From positions 235,637 through 299,636 of the forward strand of contig NIVC01000576.1 in NCBI GenBank assembly GCA_002269645.1: DNA of 64,000 nucleotides. Direction: 5' to 3'. Shown one piece after another: positions 51,264-64,000 of the stretch (position 1 is its first letter; every line of letters starts with the position of its first letter). This DNA comes from Macrostomum lignano. Taxonomy: Eukaryota. Position numbers and translations under genes: made by a program. The notes under the pieces are model-generated. The model had not been told where the DNA came from. It made no database searches and saw nothing but the letters and a program-made list of their open reading frames with translations.

Positions 51264-52331
51264 CTGAGTGTCGTGAAGGTTCAGGTAGATGCTACAGAGT
51301 GATGTGTTATGCAGTGCGTTCAGTATGATCGCACAGTGCTGTGTTGGATTATGAGACAGAAGCACTTGGAAAATACTTTTTTGCAATTTTAAAAATAAGG
51401 CTTAAGCAAACGACGTTGTACTCCTGGAAATAGATTCTTAAAGAACAAGTTCCGGCTTAAAAAGGTTGTAAAATTTTTCATCGTCCAGGTTTTTGACGAT
51501 CAGGTTCTGGTTTATCCGGTTAAATTAGGAGGCTGAAACAGCATCCTTTGCCACTCAATTTGGAGCTAGGACAAGGCCTAAACTCTTGCCTAGTAAAGTA
51601 GCACGGAGTCATTATCCTCTGCTTTATTAATCCCTTAATCCCAAAGCACTACTTAGCTCGTATCACGTTTCCAACCTCCAAAAAGTGAACCATGGACCCC
51701 GCACCTCGATAAGTAAGCTGCCAAGTTTGCTCCCGGGTTCACCTAGCAGACTCTTTGGCTGACGAAGCCTTTCCCTACTCAATATGGAACTTCTTAAATT
51801 TACAACCGTATTGAGCAGCAAAACAAACGAAAAAGGAGGAAGAAGTTAGGATACTTATTAGGAAGTACGAGCAAAGACTGAATTTAGGCAGTTCTAATTG
51901 AGTATTGAGCTTTCTAGCAAAACTTTCAACCGAAAACGTACTTTATCGTTATGCATTGGAAGGCGATATGACACGTTTGAGCTGCTTGTAGTCGGCAATT
52001 GCTTGAAGACTCGGACTTTGTCAGCTTTGAAAAAACTGCCACGAACTGCCTAATGTGATTGCTCAATTCGATCGATAAAAAACAGCAGCAGCAGCAGCAG
52101 CTCCTTTTTCATTTGTATACTCAGTCAATAGTAATCTTGTCAGCGACTTCATCCAAGATTTGCCGATTACAAAGATATTAACGCTCCCTTGCAACCAAGC
52201 AGAGAACGGAAGTTTGCCTTCAGACGGCTTCTGTGTCTGTATCATACCACTGTTGACGTAACTTGAAAAAGACTATTCAATTTAAAAAAAAATATTTTTC
52301 AAAATAGAATTGCGTTTCATAAATGTCTCAC

Positions 52332-54386
52332 CTGCAACATACAAACTGCAATTGTCAAGACTATTACGGCCCTTCGCCCTGTGAATTTCAGTCCAGATGT
52401 GCCGCGCATGGAGCCCACGAACACGCGGTAGATCCGAGCGCTCTTGGTCAGCAGAGCCGCGTACACCATCGTGAGGCTGAAGTGGTACAGAAACGCCTGC
52501 ACGTTGCACACGGTGAGCGACGGCTCGCCGAAGAACAGCGCCACGTCGACGAGTCCGAGCTGGATGCCGACCTGTTGGAACACGCTCAGCTCTAGCGAGG
52601 ACGCCTTCAGCAGCGGCACGTTCGACCTGGCCAAGAAGAACACTCCGGTCGCCATGGTGACCGCAGAGCCGAGCGCCGACACGCCGATGAACACGACGCC
52701 GCTAGTGTCACTCGGTCGGAGGACGGTCAGCGCGAGCGGCTCGCAGCGAGAGTAGTTCGAGCTCGGCCAGGTAAGCGAGGCGCACTTCTCGCACAACGTA
52801 CCGTTCGACCCTACGATCTCGTCGGAGCTGCACGGTCTGCACACCCAGCAGCACTTGCTCACCTGCACTCGGTACTCGCGATTGCCGCACGGTAGAGAGC
52901 ACACACTCGTTGGTACCGAGCGTTGGTCGCTCGCGTCTCCAGGCCACGAGATCAGGCTTCGATTCATGCTGAGACCGTGCTCAGAGCTCCACACACCGAC
53001 AGTCACTCTCGAGCTCACCTGTTTGCTGCTCTGGTAGAGCACAACATAGGAAGCGGGACCGTTTCCATTGCTGTCGAGTTTCACCTCTCCCGTGTAGCCG
53101 GTGAAGTTCGTTCGGTACAGCTGCCTCAGCAGCAGCGGTCCGGTCACGCACTGCAGCAGCGCCGACTTGTTCAGCCTCGGCTCCAGGCTGGTCGCGCACT
53201 CCGACCTGGCCACCGCGTCGATCGCGTGGGCGAATAAGAGAAACGCGTCCAGCATCCGAGCGACTGGAGCGACAATGCTGGACGGGGTGAAGCTGCTCGA
53301 CTCGGACACTCGACGAGACGAGTTCGTAGTGCAACAGGCACACGTTGAGCAGTTCATCAGCTGATCAAACATGATTGCACCGTTGTACATCTTAGAGAGG
53401 TCAGAGTAGGTAAGGTTCAGGTACCACTGCATCAAGTCGGGTGTTGGGAACATATTGAAGTAGACGGTGAATGAGTTGTTTGTATAGATATTTTGATTGT
53501 AGTTCTCATCCGCCATTATGACAAACACTCCAGTCCTTTCAACTGCTTGTAGTAAGTCGACGCTTTTCAAGTTGTCATTAACGTCCTTCAGCCAAATCAG
53601 AGCTCGCAAGTTTGGCTTCTGTTTTATAGCCTCTTTTAATTCCATTGGTTCTGTGTTGCTAGTCATCGGAATAATGAACGCAAAACAGGCGCTAGGAAAT
53701 CGGCCTGGAAGACTGGATGACAACTGAAGAGCGATGTTTGTATTGTAGACACTTCCTGGATCGTAGAGCAGACCGATGTACGTCCAGTTGAACTCGCGGA
53801 GCAGGTCAATGATCACCATCGCTTGATATGAGTCCGGACTCACCAGTCGTACAAAGTTGGGAAACCGAACTCGATCGCTGAGCGAGTCGCTGCTGCACTC
53901 GGTTCCGACTGTGGGCAGAGCTTCATTCTGCAACGGGAACAGCATCGTCTGTGTGACAGCGCTGGACCAGCCGCCGATCACGCCGTGCACTAAATACACC
54001 GGGTCGGGATCGATGCCATTGAGCATACTGCACCGGTCTCCAGTTTCCAACAGAGCTGGACGTCTCCAAGCAGCTCGAACTCGACTCGCAACAGCGGCAC
54101 CTTTAGCCTCGGAGTAGCAGGTGTCGAGAAAAACGACTCCTAAAGTGAGGTTTTCACTCTGGCTGAATATTGTGCCCGGCTTCTCTGCCAACTTTCTTCG
54201 TAAGAAATGGGGCGCAACCTGACGCAGGTACTCGGACTCCGTTGGGTGGCCAGTGCAATAGCTCGATCCGTGCAGTCCGACCAGCATGAAGTCTCCTGCT
54301 TGGCAGTAGCCGTCTGCTTTCGGCGTGTCGTCTGCCGTCGCTACTGAGAACCAAATTAGCAGCACCCATAGGACAGAGGAAAGCAT
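52332..54386 (-). CDS. Class C (mGluR-like) GPCR-2, exon 1
   Basis: Signal peptide MLSSVLWVLLIWFSVATA, then VFT, CRD and TM1-4; CAG|GTGAGA donor; the spliced model is about 837 aa. Confidence 0.95.
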
Positions 54387-55154
54387 CCGAGTCGTTGGTA
54401 TTTTTGACGCTTTGAAGTTGCCTGATTAATGGTGGTAACCTATTCGACCGTTGAAGTTTCAGAAGTCCAATTTCTTTGCCTTTGTAATGGGGAGGAAAGT
54501 AAGAAAACCGTAATTAGTGAGACTCCTTCCTCATCATAGTGCCAGATCTTAAAGCGAATTCAAGCGGGCATAAATTTTCACTCAGATTTTTTATTTATGC
54601 TAATTATAAACTTTGGACTTAGTTTTCTTTCGACGATAGCTAAAGTATGTACGAGTGTTTCATATCTGACTTAAATCTTAATAGTGTCGAGGAGTATGAC
54701 GCTTAAGGCAGCTAGTTGTCATGAAATATTGAACAAGTGTAATAAGCATTGACAGACAAATTTGCCTTGTTAGCAGGGACCACCATGTCCTGCTTTCTCG
54801 CTGTTCCATTTCATCGATCATTTTTTAGCTTCCATCAAAATCTCAGTTCCATTTTGAAGTTATTTGTTAGCCAGAGGCATCCAGAGACAGCAGCCATGCG
54901 CAGCAGTTTCCTCCGGGCTAAAAGCTAATTAGCCCTAAAATCAAGGCATCCATTTAATTGCCTGTGCCAAAATGCTGGGTGCTAATTGCAAAATCTTTCG
55001 TTTCATTTCATCCTCAAATTGCCTGTGGCATCTTCAGCTGCCCCGGTGAATTTTAATCGACATGGCACGAAGATTATATTACTTGAGCAATTAAAAATTC
55101 TTCATTTCATGACAAAAATATGATATTTCCATCTGGATCACAAGGTCGAATCCG

Positions 55155-56056
55155 TCAGCTACAGTGGGGGTGCCAGCTACAGAGGGGGCGCCAGCTACAA
55201 AGGGGGTGCCAGCTACAGAGGGGGTGCCAGCTACAGAGGGGGCGCCAGCTACAAAGGGGGTGCCAGCTACAGAGGGGGCGCCAGCTACAAAGGGGGTGCC
55301 AGCTACAGAGGGGGTGCCAGCTACAGAGGGGGTGCCAGCTACAGAGGGGGTGCCAGCTACAGAAAGGGTGCCAGTTACAGAGGGGGTGCCAGCTACAGAG
55401 GGGACGCCAGCTACAGAGGGGACGCAAGCTAAAGGGGGGACGCCAGCTACAGAGGGGGTGCCACCTACAGAGGGGGTGCCAGCTACAAAGGGGGCGCCAG
55501 CTACAGAGGGGGCGCCAGCTACAGAGGGGACGCCAGCTACAGAGGGGCGCCAGCTACAGAGGGGGCGCCAGCTACAGAGGGGGCGCAAGCTAAAGGGGGG
55601 ACGCCAGCTACAGGGGGGCGCCAGCTACAGAGGGGGTGCCAGCTACAGAGGGGGTGCCAGCTACAGAGGGGGTGCCAGCTACAGAGGGGGCGCCAGCTAC
55701 AGAGGGGGTGCCAGCTACAAAGGGGGCGCCAGCTACAGAGGGGGCGCCAGCTACAGAGGGGGTGCCAGCTACAGAGGGGGTGCCAGCTACAGAGGGGGTG
55801 CCAGCTACAGAGGGGGCGCCAGCTACAGAGGGGGTGCCAGCTACAAAGGGGGCGCCAGCTACAGAGGGGGCGCCAGCTACAGAGGGGGTGCCAGCTACAG
55901 AGGGGGCGCCAGCTACAGAGGGGGCGCAAGCTACAAAGGGGGCGCCAGCTACAGAGGGGGCGCCAGCTACAGAGGGGGCGCAAGCTACAGAGGGGGCGCC
56001 AGCTACAAAGGGGGCGCCAGCTACAGAGGGGGCGCCAGCTAAAGGGGGGACGCAAG
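55155..56056. repeat. 18-bp minisatellite, about 50 copies
   Basis: Unit GCCAGCTACAGAGGGGG(T/C); the source of the PATEGV / GGASYR ORFs. Confidence 0.96.
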
Positions 56057-56464
56057 CTATCTCTGAATTGCTTTTAGAAACAGACCTATGTAGCAGAAGC
56101 CAAGGTTACGCAATCTATAACCTTGGTAAAACCTTTTCATGTTAAGTTTCATACAAATCCACTTTCTAAGTAAAAGTCACGGTAGAGTTCCTACGAGAAT
56201 CACTGTAGTACGTGTCTGAAAAATTGGACTATAATTTTAGCAACGATTTAGGAGCGAAGTAATTACTCCAGATTGACAGTACACTTACGCAGTTATCGTG
56301 TGGCCTAGTAAGCGTCCTCATCCAGCAATTAGCTTCAATCTGATGCGACATCAGCAGGTCCATTTTAATTGTATGCATGCTAGTGCGTGTTTGCTAGTGC
56401 GGTCTCGACATTTACCTGATTGGTTGAGCAATGGCCATACACAGCGTTCCTTAGCCGGGGCTTT

Positions 56465-56675
56465 TCAGTCACAGGGATTTGAGTCTTTGGGATTTCAATC
56501 ACCAGGATTTCAATGATGGGATTTCAGTCACGGGGATTTCAGTCACGGGGAGTTCAGTCACGGGGATTTCAGTCACGGGGAGTTCAGTCACGGGGAGTTC
56601 AGTCACGGGGATTTCAGTCACGGGATTCCAGTCACGGGGAGTTCAGTCACGGGGATTTCAGTCATGGGGATTTCA
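56465..56675. repeat. 15-bp minisatellite, about 14 copies
   Basis: Unit TTCAGTCACGGGGA(T/G). Confidence 0.9.
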
Positions 56676-57197
56676 AGGATATCAAGACAAATTATTGTTT
56701 AGTAGCCAGAGTCAATTCCTAATCTTTGATTTAGGCTGAGAGGGTGGAGGTTATGAGATCTCTGTTGAGATCTGAAAGGAGATTATAGATTTAATCATTC
56801 CGAGAGTGCCATTAACTCGATAATGTACTTATGCTAATTTTCGTTGAGATCTCGTCAAGGTTTCTTAGTGTACATTATTGTATTACTATGGTATGCTACC
56901 GAAGAAATACAGTAATGAACAAGAATTTAAACAAATAAAGATCATTGTGCAAAACACAAATGTACAGTAAAAGTACATAGAAAGAAAGGCACCGAGCTTG
57001 GTTTGAAAATCGATATCGATTATAACAACCACAACAATAGAATACGCGTTCAGCGTCACAGGGTGCACCTCAAGGCCAGTTCGCGAATGAACGCCTCGCG
57101 GCCGGCCCAATCCGTGGCGCCGGATATCCATATCGGTTATATAAGAGAGTAGGATGAGATCTCACCGTCGGATCTCTGAGATTTTTTGAAGTACACT

Positions 57198-57436
57198 TTT
57201 ATTATTATACCTGCCCTAGTGGGCAGATGTGCAACCGACAGCTCAGCCGCAGCTATTGCGCGGCGCATCTGAAGGCTGCGTACGGCTGTTCAGTCCAAGG
57301 ACTGGGGGGTCGCCACACACACCCTCGACTACCCCAGCTAATGCTGGCACTCAGTTTACAGATGGGTGAACTGAAGCTCTCAGTCGTGAGTCCGACACTC
57401 CAACCACTAGGCTTACAACCCCTTAAGCAACACTAA
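57198..57436 (-). mobile_element. tRNA-derived SINE, copy 2 (same family as 14695, B box deleted)
   Basis: Shares the body GCCAGCATTAGCTGGGGTA..GGACTGAACAGCCGTACGCAGCCTTCA; 9-bp TSD AAGTACACT at 57189-57197 and 57437-57445. Confidence 0.85.
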
Positions 57437-58179
57437 AAGTACACTAACTGTAGCTACGAGAGTAATGTAAGTTCAAAGCTCTTCTGATATCTCGTGTGAG
57501 TTCTCATCCAATCAGTAAAATCATGCAAAAATAAATGTAAAAATGCTATACCTATTACTACCAACAGATTCAAAAAGAGAGGAATGCTAGCTACTACATC
57601 AACCATTGACAACTAAAGCAGAAGGCTGCATTAGCTACACTCTTGCACTGTGCGATCTTCACTGAAAACACATCGCTTTATTTGTCGATTTGTCGCATCC
57701 TGGACTTCTGGATTGCAATTGGAGCGAAAAGTACGTTTAATAGCAAATAATATTCCCAGGAGGGCTGCGGACACCCTCGCGCAACGACCCACAGCCAGAG
57801 CTACAAACAATTCTGCCCCATTCCTCTGACTCCTGAGCACACGCAAGCGCGCCAATACTCCAACACGCAGGCACGCACGCTCACACGGGGTGTACACATG
57901 CCATGATCGTCAGGCATGTGCACTCTCTGTGCCTTGGAGCTGGCCCTCATGATATGGCTGTGGATTGTACGGCAAACCCCTAGTCAGTTTACAAGCCTGT
58001 ACCAATCTTAAATTCACACGAGCTGGGTGAGGTACGAGCGTATCAATGATTGCATCGCATGTTTGCCGAACTAATTTTTATGAAATGCTACCGGGGAGCA
58101 GGAAGCAAACAACGTTTGCAAACAAAATTTGGTATCACTTTAGTATAATGCTTCTAGACAGATCTAGAAACAGTTTGTC

Positions 58180-58533
58180 AATGAAGCCCTACATGTATAT
58201 CACATCATGGAAAAGCGAAACGAGATCACATCAAGAGTTTGTGTCACAATGAATCGGCACTTTTATCGCGAAGTCCTCGAGAGGTTGATGTTGAGCATGC
58301 GGCGGGTTTGACGTTAACAGTAGGAGCACAATGCCCTGGTTGCTGCATCACGACAATGCACCAGCGCACGAAGCACGTTCAATGCCGCAATGTTAGGCTG
58401 AAACATCATTTCCTAAGACTGGTAAGACTGGTACGCGTATTAGGAGACATATCGACGGAGGGCTTCCAGGAGTGCATTTAAAACTGACATCAGAAGTAAA
58501 ATTCTGGTTATTTTTTGGCCACACCTCCATATA
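58180..58533 (+). pseudogene. Mariner-like transposase relic with right-TIR-like end
   Basis: HQEFV, TMNRHFYREVLERL, WLLHHDNAPAH; ends TTTTTTGGCCACACCTCCATATA. Confidence 0.78.
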
Positions 58534-60060
58534 CAATTCGGAAGTCCATAAACTGCTATTGACTGCCAAAGTTGAAATAAGAAATCTCGTTAATGCATAT
58601 TTTGTCAGCCGAAAACCGACTCCTCCAAGGAAATCTGCAGAGTCCTTCTACTTTGATGGCCGATTGCGTTAATGTTGACAAGTATACAAATCAATACGTG
58701 CTAAGCCCAACCTTGCTAAGGCTACCGCCAGCTAGCTTACGAAAGTTAAAGAGAGCTCTTGAGCTCGAATCCTTGTCTTGCGAATTCGAGACTCAAGCAT
58801 CATTAGTTTGATTAGTCTTAGCGTTCGATCGTAAAGAGAGCTCATTTACTCAATGATATCCTTGTGTTTGAAAGCAATCTCTCTGCGAATGGAATCGATG
58901 CATTCGATAGACATCGACTTTTGAGAGATTAACGACACCAAGTTGTATCAAATTCGCATCTCAATACCCGAGGTGAAGACTTGCATACATGCAGGCCGTA
59001 TGCTAACGATTTCATCGGATGTTTCAGAGCTCAGCTTTCACGACTCCGCATGGCATTTGAGAGTTCAGTTTAGGCAGGTTTTTCTGTTTGCTTAATCTGC
59101 TCTCCCAACCCTCAAGAGTAAAGAGCAAATGCTTACTACGATTTAGTTACTTTTCCGGCTTGGAAATAACTAAACTGTAACAAGCAAAAACTCAAAGAAA
59201 TCGATACATTCTACGAGAAGTGAGATACACTAGACAATAGACGTTTGTACAATGTAGACTTGGATGGAATTATCGTACACCCATCACCTGCTCAAATGTT
59301 TTTCAATTAAATTCAGATTTTGAAAGAAAGCAAAGCTAGAAGACTGTAATATATATATATTAAATCTGGCTTAAAGGTATTCGAAAAGATTTCAATAATC
59401 TGAACATGGGTTTTTTCTGGCCAAGAGCGGATTAAAATCTGAGAAGGTAAAATAATAAACTGTTAGTCTCGAAACAGACTTTGAGACGTCATTACACATT
59501 CCTTCGCCAGCCAATGAGTTCACCCGGCAAGTGAGTGGGGCAAGGCCCATTTGCTGCCTCCATCTCCCGAACAAGAGATTAGTCAGGTATAACACTAAAT
59601 CCCACAGGATTTCCCAACCAGTGAGGGATTCGCCTGGGTTCGAGTCATGCAGTCCGCTGCGTTTTTTTTGCTAACAACAATCGGTAAGTCTCTCTGTGGC
59701 AGACAGCCTTGCTTTTTGCCTGACAGTTTTTGCATGAGTAACAAGCCTTTTTTAAATTCAATGTAATCACGTATGATATCTTCGAATATAAATAGCCATA
59801 CGAGTATCCATTGTAATCTATCCTCTCGTGTATACCGCAATCTACACAAAAAATTGAGCAGATGCAGACCCTGCACCCCGATTTTGGCTCAAGACTCCAC
59901 CCTTTTGGACGGGGACGAAACAATCACAATAGAAAGTGGCGCTACCAGTCTTTCTTTGCGAAGAATGAGTTCCCATCGAGAAAAAGGAGCGGATTATGGC
60001 AGTGATTATTGCGCTTAATAAAAAGGTGATTCGCGTGACAAAGTGGATAAAACGCTCTAG

Positions 60061-60068
60061 ATATAAAA
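60061..60068 (+). promoter_or_regulatory. Candidate TATA box upstream of GPCR-3
   Basis: ATATAAAA about 100 bp before the ATG at 60167; motif match only. Confidence 0.3.
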
Positions 60069-60166
60069 CGTGACGCCTTGACTTTGAGCCGGGGCTTTCT
60101 CATGACGCATTTATCTTCGTCATAACTAAGTGTAAAAACTAACCGCTCAAAAAAACAGGTAAAAGC

Positions 60167-62218
60167 ATGCGATCAAAAGGTGTGATTATCCTGTCACTTC
60201 TACTGCTGGGACTACAGCGTACACCAGTTTGCCAGGCTGTCGATGGATACTGCATGCCCGGTGACATCACAATCGGCCTTCTGCACGGCACCGGCCAGTG
60301 TCCGAGCAGCCTCACTGAAGCAGCCTTACTGAGACAGATTCTACCCTGGTTCATTCGGGAGAAAATTCAAACTCGGCCGGATCTGCTGTTCGGTGCAAAC
60401 AACATTAGTCTGGGCTTGGCCTTTCTGGAGACCTGCTACAAGGAGACGGTGGCCATTGAGGCCGCCAATCGAGTATCCCCGGCCTGGAAAAGTCACTCGC
60501 CTGATACCGGCATTCCTAGCGGCTGCAACGGCACCTCATGGCCTGCCAGCAGCTCGAAGAGGCCTTTGCACGGAGTTGTAGGAGGCTGGTCAAGCGCGGA
60601 GACGCAGGTTCTTTCGTTCGCTTTGCAGCCATTCAAAGTGCCCATGGTCGGCACGGAGTGCAGCAGCGACTCGCTTAGCGACCGCACACGATTTCCCAAT
60701 GTGGTCAGGCTGGTGAGTCCGGACTCCTACCAGGCCGTCGTCATGATAGACCTGGCTCGCGAGTTCGACTGGACCTACATCGGCGTAGTGTATGACGCCA
60801 GCAACTTATACTTCACCAACATAGCCCTACAGTTTTCGTCAAGCCTGCCAATTAGATTTCCAGAGGCCTGCTTGGCCTTCATCATACCAATCACTGGCGC
60901 AACACAGGACAGCGAGATCCTGGAAACAGTGGAGTCTCAGCAGAATATGAAAGCTGTGGTGTGGCTCAACTCGGTCAGCAGAACCTCGGAGAATATTTTT
61001 AGTGTTCTTGGCAAGGCTGGCATTATTCTGATCTTTAGCGATACGGGTTATAACACCAATGCCTATGCGAACGCATCTTTTACTGTCTACTTCAGCCTGT
61101 TCCCAACACCCGACTTGATGCAGTGGTACCTGAACCTTACCTACTCTGACCTCTCTAAGATGTACAACGGTGCAATCATGTTTGATCAGCTGATGAACTG
61201 CTCAACGTGTGCTTGTTGCACTACGAACTCGTCTCGTCGAGTGTCCGAGTCGAGCAGCTTCACCCCGTCCAGCATTGTCGCTCCAGTCGCTCGGATGCTG
61301 GACGCGTTTCTCTTGTTCGCCCACGCGATCGACGCGGTGGCCAGGTCGGAGTGCGCGACCAGCCTGGAGCCGAGGCTGAACAAGTCGGCGCTGCTGCAGT
61401 GCGTGACCGGACCGCTGCTGCTGAGGCAGCTGTACCGAACGAACTTCACCGGCTACACGGGAGAGGTGAAGCTCGACAGCAACGGAAACGGTCCCGCTTC
61501 CTATGTTGTGCTCTACCAGAGCAGCAAACAGGTGAGCTCGAGAGTGACTGTCGGTGTGTGGAGCTCTGAGCACGGTCTCAGCATGAATCGAAGCCTGATC
61601 TCGTGGCTTGGAGACGCGACTTACCAACGCTCGGTACCAACGAGTGTGTGCTCTCTACCGTGCGGCAATCGCGAGTACCGAGTGCAGGTGAGCAAGTGCT
61701 GCTGGGTGTGCAGACCGTGCAGCTCCGACGAGATCGTAGGGTCGAACGGTACGTTGTGCGAGAAGTGCGCCTCGCTTACCTGGCCGAGCTCGAACTACTC
61801 TCGCTGCGAGCCGCTCGCGCTGACCGTCCTCCGACCGAGCGACACTAGCGGCATCGTGTTCATCGGCGTGTCGGCGCTCGGCTCTGCGGTCACCATGGCG
61901 ACCGGAGTGTTCTTCTTGGCCAGGTCGAACGTGCCGCTGCTGAAGGCGTCCTCGCTAGAGCTGAGCGTGTTCCAACAGGTCGGCATCCAGCTCGGACTCG
62001 TCGACGTGGCGCTGTTCTTCGGCGAGCCGTCGCTCACCGTGTGCAACGTGCAGGCGTTTCTGTACCACTTCAGCCTCACGATGGTGTACGCGGCTCTGCT
62101 GACCAAGAGCGCTCGGATCTACCGCGTGTTCGTGGGCTCCATGCGCGGCGCATCTGGACTCAGCTTTACCGGGCGTAAAGCTGTGGTTGTGATGACAATC
62201 GTAGTTTGCCTGTTGCAG
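60167..62218 (+). CDS. Class C (mGluR-like) GPCR-3, exon 1
   Basis: Signal peptide MRSKGVIILSLLLLGL.., then VFT, CRD and TM1-4; CAG|GTGAGT donor. Confidence 0.95.
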
Positions 62219-62652
62219 GTGAGTTTTTTTCTGCTAAAGCATCGATCCAAATGCTTATCTAGTTTTTTGTCCACAGACTTCGACAGTATCAATATTGATG
62301 GTATATTAGAGTACATGAAAAACTCTCCTTTCTTTCTGCAATAATCTGTCTACCCGTTGTGCCGTTCAATTTTTTGTCAGTGGGATCCAGTTGCAATTAG
62401 GAATTCAATCGGCTGCGCGGAGTAATGATCAGTCAGAAAACATTTGGACTTTTTACATCTCGATTGTTATACGATAGTTTAGGCTTAGATCTTGGCTTTA
62501 TATGTAATGACTCGATATATGCAGCTCTGCAGTATAGCATCTCTACTAGTGATACGAAATTGAAAGTCTAGCCCACGAGATCGCTGAGGGATAGACAATA
62601 GTTACTTTTTTATCATTGCAGCTTTATTTCCAACTAACGGTTATTAAAGAAC

Positions 62653-62923
62653 CAGGGGGTTGCAATTGATTTCATATTGGGGGCAAAAAACAAAAATTTT
62701 ACATGTAGATGCACATGACTAAATAAAATCGTGTTGTCAGCGCTCATTTTGGCGACACAGGAACTCATTTTAGCGCCGCAGGCACTTATTTTGGTGCCGC
62801 ATGTGCTACTCGTATATTTTAGCACCCTGAAACACTATTATTGCAATATTTATTTTCACAACAGGTCAAAAGACTGCTTTTACTAGGGGGACATGTCCTG
62901 CCTGTCCCCCCTGTACGCCCCTG
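62653..62923. mobile_element. Old hAT-type MITE in the GPCR-3 intron
   Basis: CAGGGG.. / ..TACGCCCCTG ends; flanks TAAAGAAC / TGCAGAAC (6/8). Confidence 0.45.
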
Positions 62924-63697
62924 TGCAGAACTACCTACATTTCCCGGGTCACTGAGACGGTCTGGGTGACAGTATTCTGTGGTCTCGGTTGAATTTATAG
63001 TAGGAGAGCTTGCCAATGTTTCAGCAACAATGTAGTCAGAAACCAAAGTCAGTTGTTCTTTCTGACAACCTACACTCTGTTGTGCTCAAATACTGCTAAA
63101 GCTAAGTAGCACGAGCGACTTTGTGAGGCTTACGAGTATTTTGCTTGTTTCGTAGTTTAATTTGAATGGGAATAAAAAGGTCGATATAGAGGATAGCAAC
63201 CTCCCAACGTCATTCATTCCAATGCATCCACGGTAGAGAGGACGGAGCACAAAGGCGGCACAATGTACAGCGCAATGGCTAACACCCATTTTCACGAGGC
63301 TCACAAAAGAGCCTAAGAGAAATGGAGGCAAACACAAAAGACTAAACAAGTGCATTGCATTTGCAGTTTGCCCAGCACAGATGCCATTATACTACACCTA
63401 GTTCACGCTAATGCAAAGATGAGACGGGCATTAATCCAACCTCTTAGCCATAACTCTCCATTCTCTCCTCAACAGCGGAAGCTGGGGCCAATTGTGGCGC
63501 AAATTGCCTCATCCACAGTTGAGTCGAGAGCCGCGGGAGTGGCGTGAATTGCGTCACTTGGGGCTGAGATCTGAGAGAAGTTTAATCGCTGGTTTTGGAG
63601 CGGGAATTCTCTAACATGTTGCTGAGTGTGTGTGCTGAGATCGGAATGAATCGAGCTGCTCTAAAACATTGATGTAGCTTTCTTCTCTAAACCTCAG

Positions 63698-64000
63698 GTG
63701 GTGCTCCTGTGCAGCGTTCTCAGTACGCGTCCGATCCGCCCCATCAAGCTGCTGCTCAACGGCCTCCGATCCGACGCCAGACCCGTCGTGGAGTTCCAGT
63801 GCGACTACTTCTCCAGCAGCCTGTGGATTCCCTACGCGCTCAACCTGCTGCTCATGCTGGTCACGTGCTCGCTGGCCGTGCGAGTTCGCAGCCTGCCGGA
63901 CAATTTCCACGACAGCAAGTGCATCCTGGCCTTCACGGCGTGCGCCACCTTCGTGTGGATCGCCTTCATTCCCAGCCTCGTCACGATGGCCTCGCTGACG
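63698..64000 (+). CDS. Class C GPCR-3, exon 2 (runs off the window)
   Basis: ACCTCAG acceptor; VVLLCSVLSTRPIRPIKLLLNG..., near-identical to the other two copies. Confidence 0.92.
   Translation, partial: MVLLCSVLSTRPIRPIKLLLNGLRSDARPVVEFQCDYFSSSLWIPYALNLLLMLVTCSLAVRVRSLPDNFHDSKCILAFTACATFVWIAFIPSLVTMASLT

Noticed and set aside
55091-56145. PATEGV / GGASYR mucin-like ORFs
   Set aside because: An 18-bp minisatellite open in all frames; no signal peptide or splice support.
28124-63910. Alternative-frame and antisense ORFs over the GPCR exons, conserved between copies
   Set aside because: Expected from high GC3 and near-identical DNA; not independent evidence of coding.

Overview
Eukaryotic (metazoan invertebrate) genomic DNA with AT-rich introns, GC-rich exons and very dense simple repeats. 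The composition recalls a flatworm such as Macrostomum, but that is an unverified inference. I can build five spliced genes by hand. (1) A 4-exon SPRING1/C12orf49 homologue on the minus strand (26507->20219), with a GC-AG first intron. (2) An unrecognised gene of at least 4 exons on the minus strand, whose ATG (20160) lies only 58 bp past the SPRING1 stop codon, an operon-like arrangement. (3-5) Three two-exon class C (mGluR-like) GPCR paralogues at 30750->28069 (-), 54386->50805 (-) and 60167->64000+ (+, truncated by the window end). Their CRD/7TM halves are almost identical at the nucleotide level, while their Venus-flytrap sensor regions are strongly diverged. Between GPCR-1 and GPCR-2 a solo LTR is split by a 14.66-kb foldback-type element (8-bp TSD). 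That element contains three head-to-tail Helitron-like units, each carrying kilobases of 23- or 24-bp satellite. Other mobile DNA includes a P-like mini-element with a THAP remnant, a complete-ended CMC/EnSpm element, hAT-type MITEs, two copies of a tRNA-derived SINE, and Tc1, mariner and Gypsy relics. Most long ORFs in the supplied track are artefacts of tandem repeats. All coordinates were counted by eye; repeat-array edges are approximate.
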